Source of the DNA: Tubiluchus corallicola
Taxonomy: Eukaryota > Animalia > Priapulida
NCBI GenBank assembly: GCA_030141605.1
Contig: JAQGDQ010000232.1
Coordinates: 62,001-126,000, forward strand
Direction: 5' to 3'
DNA length: 64,000 nt
A program made the translations under genes and the position numbers. This document shows positions 14,501-29,500 of this stretch, one piece after another; within the stretch, counting starts at the first letter, position 1, and the number at the start of each line of letters is the position of its first letter. Under the pieces are notes generated by a model that made no database searches, was not told where the DNA came from, and saw only the letters and a list, made by a program, of their open reading frames with translations.

Positions 14501-17500
14501 TATGTATACACTTTTGCTCCATTATTTCATGCTTTGGCCATGTAAATTTTTTTAAGTTGCCATACATGCCAGGCCTTAAGAAATTGGTCTTTATTCACAA
14601 TCTTCATTTGTTGTTGCTCCAAGAACATAGCACATACAAACCACTAAATTTTCACAGTACGTTCAATACCCGTCCTACCTGTCATTGTGACTGTGTTGCA
14701 AATTTCTGGGATGGGATTGTAGTTTAATAACTCTTTAGAAGATCTATGGTCAAAGATTTTAAATTGTAACTATATACATAGATTTAAACATAGTTAGTTT
14801 TAAACAAAGCTAAAAATAATTTTTTGATGAAAGTTAATATCAATAGTTGTTACATAAGCAAATTATAGTACGTGCTAGATAACAAGTTTCAGCAAGTTGC
14901 TTAATGCTGCACTGATAATAAGTTTTGCTAACAATAATTAGCTATGTCTTCTGCAAAATTTTTTGCTGTATTTGAATTTAGTTCTTGGTTGAATGTAATT
15001 TTATAAGTTAGTGAAACACACAACTTAATTAACATATACAAAGTTATATTCTGAGTAAGAAGAACTGTTGCTGCTGCTATATATGGAGCTTTTTTCTTAC
15101 AATGCAAATGATCGTCAGCTATTGTTTTTAGGGTTACTATAGGTATTCAGATGCTCTCATAAAACTAGGAGAACTGAAGAAAGCACTGGATGTCATCAAC
15201 TTGGGAATGAGACTGTGCAAAGATTCAAAAGAAAAAAGTAATCTTGAATCGCAACGTAAAAAAGTCCGAGATCTGCAAAAGTCTGGTATTGATCTTAGTT
15301 TCCAGCTGTATGAATAGATAACTTTATTAGCTGTTTATATCATTGTGTAAAGTGACATTTACTAACATTACTAGTGTATATGTATAATATATACACTACT
15401 TTTTTTGCATAATATATGTTGATCGCAGTCTTTATTAAAATAAAGCTGCTTTTTGGATGTTATTTTTGTTAGTTTTTACATATCTTTCAGATGTTAAATT
15501 TTCCAATAAATTTTAATTTTACCTGATTGTCAATTTTATTTTTGTTTACTTATTAGGGAAGACATCTGTCATAAAAGCTGAATTCAATTCTGTTTCTTCT
15601 AATGCTATGTGTCAGACAGAAAACATTAAATTGAAAGATGTATCTATGCAGCTCCAGAAAGACAAGTCAACAGATAAAAAGGAAAAAGTAAGCCAACTAA
15701 AAAAATAATATTTATGTTCTCTTTAATGTGTGTTTAAGTTAAAGTTTCATTATTCACAAAATTTTTGCATCTAATTTATCTTTGAATACTGTTGTTGGTT
15801 CTTCTTGTTGTCATTGCATTAGTTTTGTTGTAACTCTCTTTGATAAAGGCTGAATAAATGTGTTTCAAGCTGTTAGGTGTTTTAAGGAAGACACTCTCAT
15901 GTGTTTAAATCATCTTGTAAATCATGTTGTTTTATAAAAATGTCAAATATTAAATATTCTTCATTCAGTTTCCTCTAGCTAGCTTTCTTATCTGGTCTAT
16001 CTATATTTAGTACAGGGTGGTTCATAACCTTTTGCTAGAGAGTACAGAAACAACAAGTAATAGTACAGAACAATCTATTACATCAACAATAGCAACTCAA
16101 TCATGCTTTCAAAATTTAGTGTGGAAGCCTCTCACACAGCCTACAATCTCGAGGGTATAATCGGAGCAGTGATTTGGAAACACTGGAATTAACATTTTTG
16201 ATTAATTTATTTTATAAATTAAGCTGTATAACCCCGCCAAACGCATTGGACCTACCTAAAGTACAGAGTGAACCTAAGATGTTAAAAAATATGCCATTAA
16301 AAGGTATTGACTTAGAACCACTGCTCCAGTCATGTACTTCAAGATTGCAGGCTATGCGAGACGTACGAGATTTCCACACCAAACTTTGAGGGCATGACTT
16401 AGTTTTTTTGAATTGAATTTATGTAGTAATAAATTAATATTGTCAGTTGTGGTGGAAGAGTATATACTGTATTACCCCAACTGTTATTCATTGTTACAGA
16501 TATTGCAATTGTTGTGTAGCTATTGCTGCAGTAGGTGTTGCAACTGCCTAATTGTGGCTAATTGCTGCTACTGATGCAGCCATTGTGGCCATAGCACCTT
16601 TACTGTTACTATAGCTGCTGCAACTGTTATGGCTATTTCTGCAAATATGTACCTATAGGTGCTGATATTGTAATTTTTGTAGCTATTGCTACAGTTCCTG
16701 CTACTGTTTTAGCTATTGTTGCATATGTGCAACTATTATAGCCATTGATGTACATGCTACAACTGTTATAACTATAGCTACTTCTGCTGGTTATACCAAA
16801 CCATGTATTTGCAGGAAATCAATAAACCAGAATCTAAATTAAGTGACTACACTCTACTAGCTGCACGTGCTTCTCACTTGCTGAAAGATTCTAAAGCTAA
16901 AATGGCTGTCGCCGCATTCCAAGAATGTCTTGATTTTGTGAGAGAAACGACGGTAAGTTATTCCATTTATAAAGTGTTTTGCACTTTTAATTGGTCATTT
17001 TGGTTAATTTTGGTCATTCATTTTCTGTTGCCAAACATTCTTATTTTGGGTGGGGGATTATTTGATTTCATTGACCTTCAGATACCTTGAAAAAATACAT
17101 TGGCTTGAGAAAGTTATTAGTTATTAATCACAACACTGTGACCATTCAGATGTGCTTTTTGCCTTGATTTTAAAGCTTTTGAAAAAATGATCTAAAACAT
17201 AAATTGTTGAAAGGGATAAATTGGTTTTTTTAAGAATGATTTACATCAATTGATTGTTATCCCAGAAGTCTAATTTCATTAGTTTTTCTGTTGTATACTT
17301 TTAGTCATTAATATTATTAATACTTAGATGAGGAACAGCACTAGGATCTTGTAAGCATATCGTGCAAAAAATAGGCACTTTACCTAATCAGTAGAACACA
17401 TCCCACCTGTTTTCTGAAATCAGTTTCATGAAATCATGTGTCAGCTCAGCAATAGCCTCAAACTTCAAAATCATTATGAACACAAAATTTGCCAGGCTTC

Positions 17501-20500
17501 TTAGTCAATGTTATGAAACACCACTATATTATATTTCTATTTTTACTTTAACATGAAAGGTTTCTGTCATTGACAAATTTTAACCACTTGTGATATCATA
17601 GTTAGCTGAACTCTCGACCAGTCTCTAGATTATTTTAAATTATCTGAAACCTTTTGGTAAGTATTAGAAAAAAATATATTCTACAACATGTACAGTTTAG
17701 CCTACGGGCGAAAGTGACATAGAATCTGAAAAATTATCCTGTTTTCTTTTAAGATAATGTTCTTTGATAAATGTACATTTTTCTCTTTTGAATAAGTAAT
17801 ACTGTTATTAAATTTACCGTATTTTAAAGTGGAAGATGCTACATTTTGTCATGCTAATATCATACGAATGTGGTATACTTCTGGAGTACAGCATTTTATT
17901 GTTTTTATAATATTATTATATTTTATTATATCTTTTCTATCATTAATGGTATTTTGCAGGAACTACAGCTCGAAATGACTGATAAAATAATTTTGAAGTA
18001 TGCTTATGGAGCTGCTTGCATTGCTGCACACGAACTAAAAGTAATTATTCCTTTTATTTAAACAATAACCGCACCTTACATATTACTGCCAACGAGTTTT
18101 AGAAATGGTGTGTCAGAAACGAGTTAAATTTCGAAAACATGGCATAGTTTTGTATTACATATTTTACTTTTTTGTGCATGACAATATGGCTGTAATTAAT
18201 AGAAACTCAAATAAAATTTTTAAATATATTTAATTATAGTTAAAATTTATTATTATATTTTGTCACTGCTCAATGTGCTTAATTTTTGGAAGAGGATATA
18301 TTAAGCACCTTATCAATATGAGTATGAGTATGAGTATATTATCAATAAGCCCGTAATAAACTGCTACGTAATTTGAGCACTTATCACTACTGCACAAACT
18401 AGTAAATTAATTCTTTTGTCAAACTGCATTACCGTATTTTTCTCTGTATTTATTACAAGTCCAAAAAATATTTCTAGTATTGTTTTTTGTAAAATGAAGA
18501 AGTTAAATAAATGTTAAGCTGCTTAAAAATGTTATTAATGTGGTAGTATTGCACGCTGTTGCATATCTTAAAAAATTTGGAAGGTTTCTTGATGTCATTT
18601 TTTTTGCAGTTTATCAATGAATTATTTATAGAATTTATAACTCTTTTTCGGTAACTTTTTTTAAGTATTTTGTCACAAATACTTGTGGTTATATTTCTGC
18701 TATGCCCACAGTAAAACACAGTTTGAAGACAAACTGAAAACCTACTATATCTACTATCTACTATATCTACTTGCTTAGCTGGTAATGTGTATCATAATAT
18801 ATGTATAGATAAAATTGGACTCATTAATGATATTTATGTATCATACTGTAGAAGGGGGCATACCTAAGATTTTTTTAGCACACAAACTAGTTGAACTTAT
18901 TAGCTGAAAGCACATAAGCTGTGATTACTACATTTTTGTAAGCCACTTTTATGGAAAATTTATTCTTTCAGTTGGTGAAATTTGCATTAAACTCAGTGAT
19001 ACTTTCACAGCGAATTTATTGTTTGTGAAATGTAATTGTTAGATTATTTATTTAATCACCTTGCATAAGTAACATTTTTATTAAGCAGAACTTTTTTTCT
19101 AGAAAACACAAGATGCGGTAAAACTTTTCAGTCACATGCTAAATGAGTGTGGTATGGACAAGTTCCCTATTATTTATTATGGACTTGCTCAAGCATGCTT
19201 TACCCTCAATAGGTAAACATTCATTACCCCTATAAATACCATTAATTGCAATAAATAACAGATGCAGCTGGTAAGTTAAGTCGCTTTGCTTTTTGTCATT
19301 GATCAGAGTTAGTCAGTTGACAAATGAGATTCTTTGACAAGTATAAGAACATGCCCGCATGTTAAAAAATCCCATTTTGACTCCTTAAAATTGTGGAAAT
19401 TTTGTGATTTGTGTAACGATTTGTTATTTTGTTTGTTTAACTTTCACTTTCATACTTTTTTATTTCAAATTTTTAAAAATTTAGGTCAAACTGAAATTTA
19501 TAATTGTATGGTTTACAGTGTGTTATTTGCTACTTTTGCCAAAACAGTTGGTCGAGCACTGATGCAAAAATTGCACTGCAGAGCAAATAACTTGAAGATA
19601 ATTTTTAGTCTTTTCTTTACTAATGTGCACTGAAAGTGTTATGCTAGCTATTAATTTTTTATTTAAAATATACATTACTGCTTAACATCAATGATACGTT
19701 TTCCTAATTATAAAAACTTATCATTGGGTTTACATTTTATTAATTTACTAATGTGTGTACACAGAGTCTTTTTTGAATTTTTTTTAAATTGCAAAATACT
19801 GTGTCAATATCTAACTGCATTCTACTGAATTTGTGATGACAATGAACAACATTATTGTTCACAATCCATTTTGTATTTTCAAAGCCTCCAAACAAAATAA
19901 AATTGAGATGTATATTGATTAAATTCTCCGACCAATCTTTGTGACCTCTGTTTTAAGTTCTAAAGAAAAGTAAAAAGTGATTTTATTATTAGATTTGATG
20001 ATGCTTTGTTGGCAGTCAACAAAGGCTTAAAACTTGAAGGTGGTGTCCACCATTGGCCTGGGACTGAAGAAATAATTGAGTACACATATCCTGGAAAGTT
20101 AAAGGTGCAAAATCTAATTTTTTATACAGATTAATAATGAGGAACTGATAACTTTTTTATGCTAGTAATAGAGTAATGTCAGAATGCAGTACGTGCAGCA
20201 AAAAAACAGGGACTCGATCACTTATTATTTATTTATTATTATTTATTGTTAGTTATTTACAATATTACTTTCTGCAAACTGTTTCTTTGTGCACAAGATG
20301 TTTCCAAAACTTACTAATCAATGGATTTCAGGAGGTTTCTATAGTGCAAGTTGGTGTTCAAAAAAGAACTAGTTTGTTTTCATAAACTGATTCCTCAAAA
20401 AATTGTGTGTTACATATAGACTTCTCCCTTATAGACCTATTTCTGTTGTGAGATATGTTACCTAGCTCTAGTATTATCCTCTCAGATAAGAAACAGAATC

Positions 20501-23500
20501 AGCAATGGTGCTTAAATCAGCTTGTAGTGACATTCAGATGTGTAGACGTTTCTCCCTCATATTCCTCAGGATACCACGAAAGAAAATGCTGAAGCATTAT
20601 GATGGATAAGTACCCAAATAGTAGTGATCTGTTTATTTGCCAGGTTTGGCATAGCTTAGCTTCATATCTGAGCAAATGGTATGGCTGTTCAGATACTTTT
20701 CTGGTCTCGATTAAGTTTTTTATAACATATGAATCGGGTTCTTTTGATTTAATGACACTTCTACTAAGCAGATGTTAGAGTGTTTTAGACGAACACAGGA
20801 AAAATGCAATACGGCAGAGCACTTTTTATAAACACAATCGTAATGATGCTTGAATAATAATAAGTGCACCCGTGAAAAATTATTAGAATCATTATAATAA
20901 TTGTAAATTTATACTAGTAGACGTATGTACCTGTAAAATAGCTGAAAAAATTACACTTATAGTTTGCTAATCAACAGTCTCACAGATTTGAAGCTTTTTC
21001 TTTGCATGCACAATTGCACAGCACAGTTTTTCTTGGCCAGTAATGTATTTATTTAGTTTTATATCTACATATAGCACTTTTTTGTACATAGGAAGGCTTT
21101 AATGAGTTGTTTAAACTTTGCAAATTCCATCCCAAACCAGATGCCGTGTGCTTGTATTACCACGTCAGCGACTTGCAAGCTGAAATATATTTCAGGTAAG
21201 TGTCTGCTATTGCGACTAAAGGGCAATTTGCTCGTGTGAAATATGTAGCATCAGTTCCAGGCAGCTTGCTCCAGTCATATATAAGTAATTTAGTAATTCT
21301 GGATTATTGCTTACGATGTTTTATTAATTTTCAAAGTTTTGGAGTTTAGAAAAACTGGTGATTTTTTTTCAGTGATTTGGGGTTTGCTGGTTTTGTACGT
21401 GTCATCTGCAGGGCTATGTGTCATGTTGATTTCCACTCTCATTGCTGGAAGCAATTCCGTATCAAACACAAGGGTGACATGACATCAGAGAAGGTAAAAT
21501 AATCTGCAATAATAAATGAAAATATTTCACTGTGGCAAAATCCCAGTCATTTTAATATTGTTCCTTTCTGTTTACTCTGTATTGTGACAATACCAGCTAC
21601 ATATGTTAGGCCAAAAATCAGGAAACCAAGCCTACTGCTGGATGGTTTCTTCTGATTGCTGATTTTTTACAGGAGGTATGTGGATGATGCTATTGTAGTA
21701 ATGCAAACTGAAAATGGGGTTAAAACTATATTAGACCGTTCCTCTCGTTGTTGCCAAAAACTCTTAGATTTATGTTAAGGCACTATACAATATAGTAGCT
21801 TTATAACATATCCTTATAACTTTCAGTGGCATGAGTCATGAGTCTACCGTCCTTGCCATATACTAGAGAGAGGTTGTAGTGCAAAACATGTTTAGGGAAA
21901 TGGTGAAAAGAGCTAAAGGAAATTTTCCAGATTAGAACTTCATTTGCTTAATGCTTGAGACCTGAATAGCAGCTCTGTCATTAACAACACTAGTAATAAG
22001 ATTTGCAGCAAGTAAATAATGAGAAGTGTGCCATCTAGTGTAAACATTTTAAAGATATGTTTTTCAAATCTGATTTACCAAACTTTTTCTAATACTTCGT
22101 AATTGCTATAATTTTGTTTATTTACAGGATATTTTAAATAGGACGTGCTTTACACCTGATTGTGTTGCTGACATTATTCATATTATTGTCTTCGGTTCAG
22201 ATAAGCTAGTGTACAGGGAGTACAAGTCTGACCCTGCAATTAAACCGATAAAAGCAAAGCGTCCAAATATTAAAAAACGGCCTTCAAGGTAAGTCACAAA
22301 AGTGAGAGAAGTTAGTCATTGTTTAGTCTGTTTTAGTTTTGCTTGTTTCACGTGGAATTTACAACAACGGGCATCTGTATCACGAAAGTTTTTATCATTA
22401 TTAGTTTTCTAGCTTACTAGTTATCATTACTAGTTATTATCATTACTATTTTTATCATCGTAGTAGTTTATACTGAATTATACTTCCTTTGTAAGAGTCT
22501 TTGTCTTTCTTTATGACACTGCAACAATTTTTAAGAACATGCACATTGTCAGCCTCATACTTTGTACTAGTGTTGTAAAGTTACAAAGACAATAAGTGTG
22601 TAAAACAATTGAAAAAACCGAAAAAAAACATAATTATAAGGGAAGAGATACACTAGGCCAGCATGATGTACACCCATAAATTTTACTTTAAACAGTTTCA
22701 AAAATCTAATCAGAATTTTATTGGAAAAATCCTGTGGCTAAACTTTGAACATCTCACTTTGCACTGGTTGTCCAAAATTGCTCAAGCCAAAAATTTCAAA
22801 ATCGACCTGCTAATTGGTTTACTCGCTTGCGCAGCAACTCTGTAAAGTTGTCTATTTTACAGTGATGCTGTTCTCGTTATTCATGTGATAAGTTCTTAGC
22901 CAGTGTTTATATTGTGATGCCACAGCCAGTTTTTATATTGTTTAAATTGTTTGTGATAACACGGATTCCATAACGACGATAAACAACATCGTACATGACA
23001 CATTCTCAAAGAAACGGATTCATGGCAGCAGAAATAGCATTGTAAATGGCACATCCAAACAGCTGAACAGAAAAAAATCCAATAGCGAGTAACCCATTGC
23101 TTTGCATTCTAGATTAGTTTTTGTTGATTTTTGTGCGAGAGAACAGAAAGATAAAAAAATGGTTCACATCATTCCACTATTGTGTCTATCGCTTGCCACA
23201 CAGTGTTACATTGACAACAAAGTAATTAAATAGGTTTTATTTTGGACTGTGTAAATGTGTAACCACGAGATAAACACAAAACAAATTGAATTTACAAAAA
23301 TAGCATTAAATGAGTATTCAGTTTAGTTCGTAAAATTTGCAAATAATGCTTTAGTTGATTATTTATAAATGCTGGAAGGTCATAAAGGCTCATAAAATCA
23401 CAATGTACAGTATTGTATACGGTACCAGACTACGTGTTCGAATTATCTTTGAAGAATGTCGGTTTACATACAAATTTACAAGTATTGCCAAACTTGTCTA

Positions 23501-26500
23501 TGTATACTTTCACTACAGATCTGATAATCATAAAGATGAATCTAATGATGGTGATATTGATGGTAGAATGTTGGCAGTGATAAAGCATCAGTCGCTTTGA
23601 TATTATTTAAGTTCTTTATGCTTTGTGATATTGCTTGATATTTCTTGAGCTTTTTGACATGATGTCCTTGACACTTCCCTAGTGCTGAGGATGCTCAATT
23701 ATTTTTTACTTTGTTTGATTACAATTGATGCTAATTAATAATTCGTCTGAAGCATGATGCTGAATTGAAATACCCATGAGCTGGAGAAACTTGAATGGAC
23801 TTAGGAGCCTAATCTCACGAGTCAGAGGCTAAGTTAAGCCACTGTACTAATGTACAAATGGGTTAAAATATTTAGGTTGAAAAACAAGTGGGAACATTGG
23901 ATAGATTTGTGAATACGGATGCTCCAAAAAAAGTGGAGTTCTGCTCTGCCATGGGTTTTGTTATCATGAAATCAGCTTTTATATATTTCTAGCTTGGGCC
24001 GTCATTGTTTGATCATTTTAGTTAATAAGCTAATCTCTTATATTAATATTCTTGGTATATATATTTATATATAAGATTCGAGGCTACAGCCCGGACGAGG
24101 GCACCACTTGTGGCGATCTATATATCAAAAGAAAGGTCTCGATCTAGTGTCGTCTCATTGGGGGTTTATTTTTCGAATCGGGCCCACCGGGAGGAACGGG
24201 GGGCGAAAAACCTCCAAAAATGGCCCTTTTTCGGCCGTTTTTTGCAAAAAAATTGCAAAAGTTATACGGCTGAGATGATGTAGAGAACGGGAACGGGCCG
24301 AGGGCGGTACTGGGTATGGATAGATAGCCCGTTCAGCGGTGGGTGTAGTAGTTGGTGTATTAATACATTTGGTAGATTAAGTACAGAAGACATTATTTTG
24401 GACAAGATAAGTCGATTGTTGACTTTCAGGTTAATAAATTAGCAATCATAAAGTAAACTAACATTAATCGTGAAATTCTCTAATGATGGAAATAGTTTAG
24501 TAATACACACTAACAACTCATTGGCCATTAGCGAGTTTAAGTTACTTAGTATAATAATAATATTATGTTCTTGACTTAAGTATTTTCTATTTACAGTTTA
24601 AAAGTTTTGCATCTTTAATTAACTGTTTATTTTAATTATGCTCTGCAGTCAATGTATCAGTTTCTCGCCATAATTACCCAAATAATTAGTAAAAATTTCC
24701 CATCGTAAATTCGTAGGACCCGAAATACGTAGTGGTATTTCTGCTATTTTGTACCAGTTTACTGATTGTAAAAGGCTTCGTTAACCGGTTTTTTCTATCG
24801 ATTAGTTGCTCCTGGGCGCTAGCAGACAAGTCATTAAGCACGTGTACGAACTGTACAGCGTCAACTTTGCTAAGTTAACAATATGTAAGTCACTAATGTG
24901 CGATGTTCAGCAACTGTTTCTATGCCTTAAAATATACTTTACCTTATCTTGTAAGTACTGACGCAATGTTTTTGCCGTGCTGATTTACCCGTTAATGCCC
25001 GTATTGAAAGCAATTTGTGGAAACCGCTCTGGGTAAGTAGCACAAATGTGCTGCATACAATAGTCAAAAATAAACACTAATGAAAGCGGTTTTTGGCAGG
25101 CAAGGTTATGTTGTAGTCGATCATATTTATATTGATTTTTTTAATATCTAAGTACATGTAATTCTAGTTCGGAAATCAGTGTAGCAAGGTGGGGGAACCA
25201 CAATACAAGCATTAGACGGCAGTTGATAAAATCTGGACTTTTAACTCGTGATACTGTATCTCTTCTAGTGTAGTTTTGATCCTGGTTTTCAGCTAGTTAT
25301 GTAGTGTAACATTCGTAGACCTGTTATTAAAGGATATGCCTTTGTTTCAAATTTTTTTGTACTCTCACCACATTCAACAAAGAAATTACCTGTAATTTTA
25401 GTTTTGCTTGCATTTTATTTTTAATTATGTATTAAGAATCATTTCCCTGATTTGCTTTATTAACACTTGTTCGTCACAATTTTATGAAAATTCTTGATTC
25501 CGCAACGGTATTACTATACTGATTTTAGGCTTACCATATTTGTATGTCATTTTCTAAGGACTTTTAGAGGAAACTTTAGGCTAATCTGTACTGGATTTTG
25601 GAAATGCAATGCATATTCTACAATTTGGGTCCCTGAAATTGTAATATAGTTGTTATTTATGTGCACTAATTAAAAAAAATGAAAAAATTTTGGTAAACCT
25701 AATCCGAATTAAGTCTAAATTAATGATGGGTAAAATTTCAAAATTAACAGTAGCTCAAAAACGCAATTGTCTTCTGCTCGCATGTATTTATCTTTAGATC
25801 TCATTTTCTTAACAGTGGTAACTTATTTTTGAGAAGTATAAAACCTTTGCAAGAAAATGATCTAATATATTTTGGGGGGAAGTAAAAAACCTTTTACTTT
25901 TCAGTGACGCTACACTCGCCTTGCCATTGGTCTCTCTCATTTCCATAGTATTAAAGCTTATCATATACTTTTGTTTTGACATATCAAAAATAAAATATAA
26001 GTAAATTAACTGTTAAGATAATTATAATAATTATCAAATAATGTGACATACATAATAGTATAACATACAATAATAACGTGCAAATGGAAAATTGGAAACA
26101 CCTGCTATAGACTTTCCCGCAGGATTTATGATTTTTGTCAAGGTATCATGTGCGTTATACTAAATGGAACCACCCAGGAAATAAGTTTTCTGTACTTTAG
26201 GTATTACTCTTGTACTATGTCCTAAACAAACTTATCATTGTCATCATAATAATCATCGTCGTTATTTCAAAAACTACATGTTTGATAGTTAACATAAAAG
26301 TCTTTGTGCTGCAAATGCTCAGACACTTCTCTTTTTGTAAGTAAACATAGTGGAATTTTTGTAGAATGAGCATTTGACAGTATCTAGGTCTCTGCCTGTT
26401 CATTTCTTTATGAGTATGGACAAAGTTAGCTTAATGAAAAACTCATCCAAAAATTGTTTTAGCAAAAAAGAATATTTCTGAGGAAAAACAGAATACAAGG

Positions 26501-29500
26501 TAGTGCATAGCTGTCATTGGCTGAGTGAATGTATGTGCCTTTACTAACGCAGTTGCATTTGAAGCTTTGTGCAGCCAATATTGCAATTTTGCAATATGGA
26601 AAATAAATGCACTTGAAATGACGAAGCGCTGACTTGACTAGTGACTCAGTATGCAGTATGCTAGGACAATAAAACAAATTGTAATTACTCATACTATAAC
26701 TAAATAATCACAACCGTCTTATTTACGAAAGCATTTCATTTCCTTTGGTTGATCGATCACTGTTCATTGTCTGTAGCCGTATTTTTATATTATACCTTAA
26801 GTGTAATTCTAAAAGCCTACATTCACTGTCTGTGCTTGCATATACTTTCAGTAAAAAACTTTTCTGTTTCATTAGGACGTCAAATGTACACTTGAAAGTC
26901 CATCAGAAAAAATTCAAAATACATCATATACAGGTATTTTAAGCTGCTAGTGTGCCTATTAATTAAGTTGGCCTTCAGTCAAACTGGTTTATTAGTAAGA
27001 ACACACAGAACTCGTAGTCTGTCAGATGAAAACCTATTTGACAATTTTGATATAGTATTTCTTAAATGTAATAATTAACTTGAATAACTTCCTGTACATT
27101 GTAATTAGTACTACTAGTTGTAATGTCACTTTTGTATTATAGATACTCAAGATAACACAACTGTAAAATTCTATTAAAATATAAAATCATTTGTAAAATA
27201 GTTTGTCTTGCTTAGATATATGTATAGCAAAATTCAAAATCTTAATATTACTCAATAAATTTAGTTCAGTAATAAGCAAAATAACACCACAATTAACAAG
27301 TATAGTTCATTACTTTTAAGCAAGAACTTGACAATTGATTAAATCTTGGATTACTTTGACTTCAAACTTGATTTGAAATCGAATGCAATCCACATGAACA
27401 CGACTTAGGGCTCAACTCAGATGCAGACACTAGTAGACGTATTGACTCGAGACTTGACATTGCAATTTTGCAAACCCCACTATCCATTTTGTGTAAGCAT
27501 TTCCGGTAGCGATTATATCAGGAAAGCAAAATTTACTGTGACTGCAGTTATAAATCGTAAATATTTAGAATTATAATAATTATGTACAATATAAGAATAA
27601 ACACAAGCACTAATAAAAGCCTATGAATGAGATGTGTCAGTGTCAATGTCAGCAGTGTGTAAATTCACTCTGCTTTACTGTCAGCAAGCTGTTTATGTTG
27701 ATGACTTGGTCTAAATAGTGTCTTAATATTCTGTTGGTCGAAATTCAAAAAGTCAGATATAACTGCATCATGTGCAGTGCATAAGAAGGTGACCAATAAA
27801 ACATGCACCCTCTTACAGGCTCCTAGTAGCCTACACCTGGCATTTACAGCATTTCGGCGATATCTGTCAACGGAAAACAACACCAGCAAAACATGCTATT
27901 AGATTATTAATCACAAAACATTCTTTCGTTTGTCCTATAAATTGTCTTGTATGCACTTTTAAATTTGAATGGGACATTTCATTACACCTTGGTACTTCTA
28001 GCACTGAGAATGTGTGTGGATGTCAAGACGTACATGCTCCTGTTTCAAAATGATGTTTTCAAAATTTTCGAGTTGGATTATTTTTTCTGCTTGAAATATT
28101 ATTGGGGCATGTATGTGTGTATCATACACAAAAATGACAAGCTTGTTATATTAGACTGCTAGCTAATCAAATTACTGCTGAGGATGGTAATTACAATCAT
28201 TTGTTAAGCATTGAGTTTCAAGCTTAAGTTTATTTTAGACTTTATTAACTGTACATTTAAAAACTACACAAGTTTGTTGCTGGTAAGTCTCAGAGAGCAA
28301 CATGGTTGGAAGTGTGATGGCAATATAAATCAATTCGTTTAGTAGAATTTTAAATTTTTCAATACCTCTTATCAATGTCTTGGAAAACCCTTAAAATGTT
28401 GCAAAGTTTGTCCATTTTGACTTATAAAAATTTTATGATCTGATGCTCCCTAATAATGCGTTCTACACATACGATAAAAAGTTCTTCATCAAGCAAAGTT
28501 TTGAAGTTCAGATTAGTGAATTCAGTTAGTCGACTCGCTTAATATAGTTACTACATCAAGAGTCATTATTTCAGTGTCAAGACCATCGAGAAGCGGTTAG
28601 CCAAGAAAATAGCCAGGAAAAATGCTCAAATGGAAATCAGGCAACAAAAGTTTCATCAGACATTATGTGAGGAACTTGATGCTGTAGAAGCTGAACTTGA
28701 GGAAAAACCAACCGAATCTGAAAAACAGCAGAAAATCGTGGACAAAGAACCAGAAATTGATCCTAAAGATCTAAAGGATTGTAAGTGTAGCTGACACTAA
28801 TTACAGTTAAACAGAGTGGTCAAAAAATTTGGCCATAGGAAGTGAGTTAGGTGCAATAAATTGACTGATTGCTGACAGTATAGCAGGTGAAATGACTTAA
28901 GAGTTTAATTCCTCTTGAGCAGATGACTTACTTTAGCTATAGATTCTGATATAAATACCCAAGCATGGAAAATTTTGTATCTGCATTGTTTGTCTTTAAC
29001 AGCTTAACTTGCAAACACAAACTTTTTGTTTAACTTAGTACATAAAATTATGTAATATTATGTAATGCAAAGTTAGTTGTCAGTTGTTATACTTCTTGGA
29101 GTTACCTGTTACCATAATACTCCCCCTCTTTATTGTAATTTGAATGTGACATCATGATATGTATATGATAATGTATGGATTATTTCACTGTGAAATTCAA
29201 ATTTAAATTTAAGGTTCAAATTTTTAAACATGGCTTTCCAAAAATTCCTCGGTTTCTTTGGTTTGTTATAACTACAATTTTTTGTAAACAACATCATGGT
29301 GTCTCTTGCATCTACAAGTTATTCAAATTAAATTTGATTTGTTCAATGATATAATGTCAATAATTTAGTCAAAAAAGTCACCATCTTCAATGTGTAAAAA
29401 ATTTAACAATATTTTAAATATGCATAAGAATGTCAGTGCTATTACTACAAACTCTATATTTTTTGGAAGATTGGTTGCCCTGATTGTATAATTGATCAAA

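Noticed and set aside
23519-23572. Acidic exon-like segment (SDNHKDESNDGDID) after cactacag
   Set aside because: The nearby donors are phase 1 whereas exon 28575 needs phase 2, so inclusion would frameshift; no partner exon was found.
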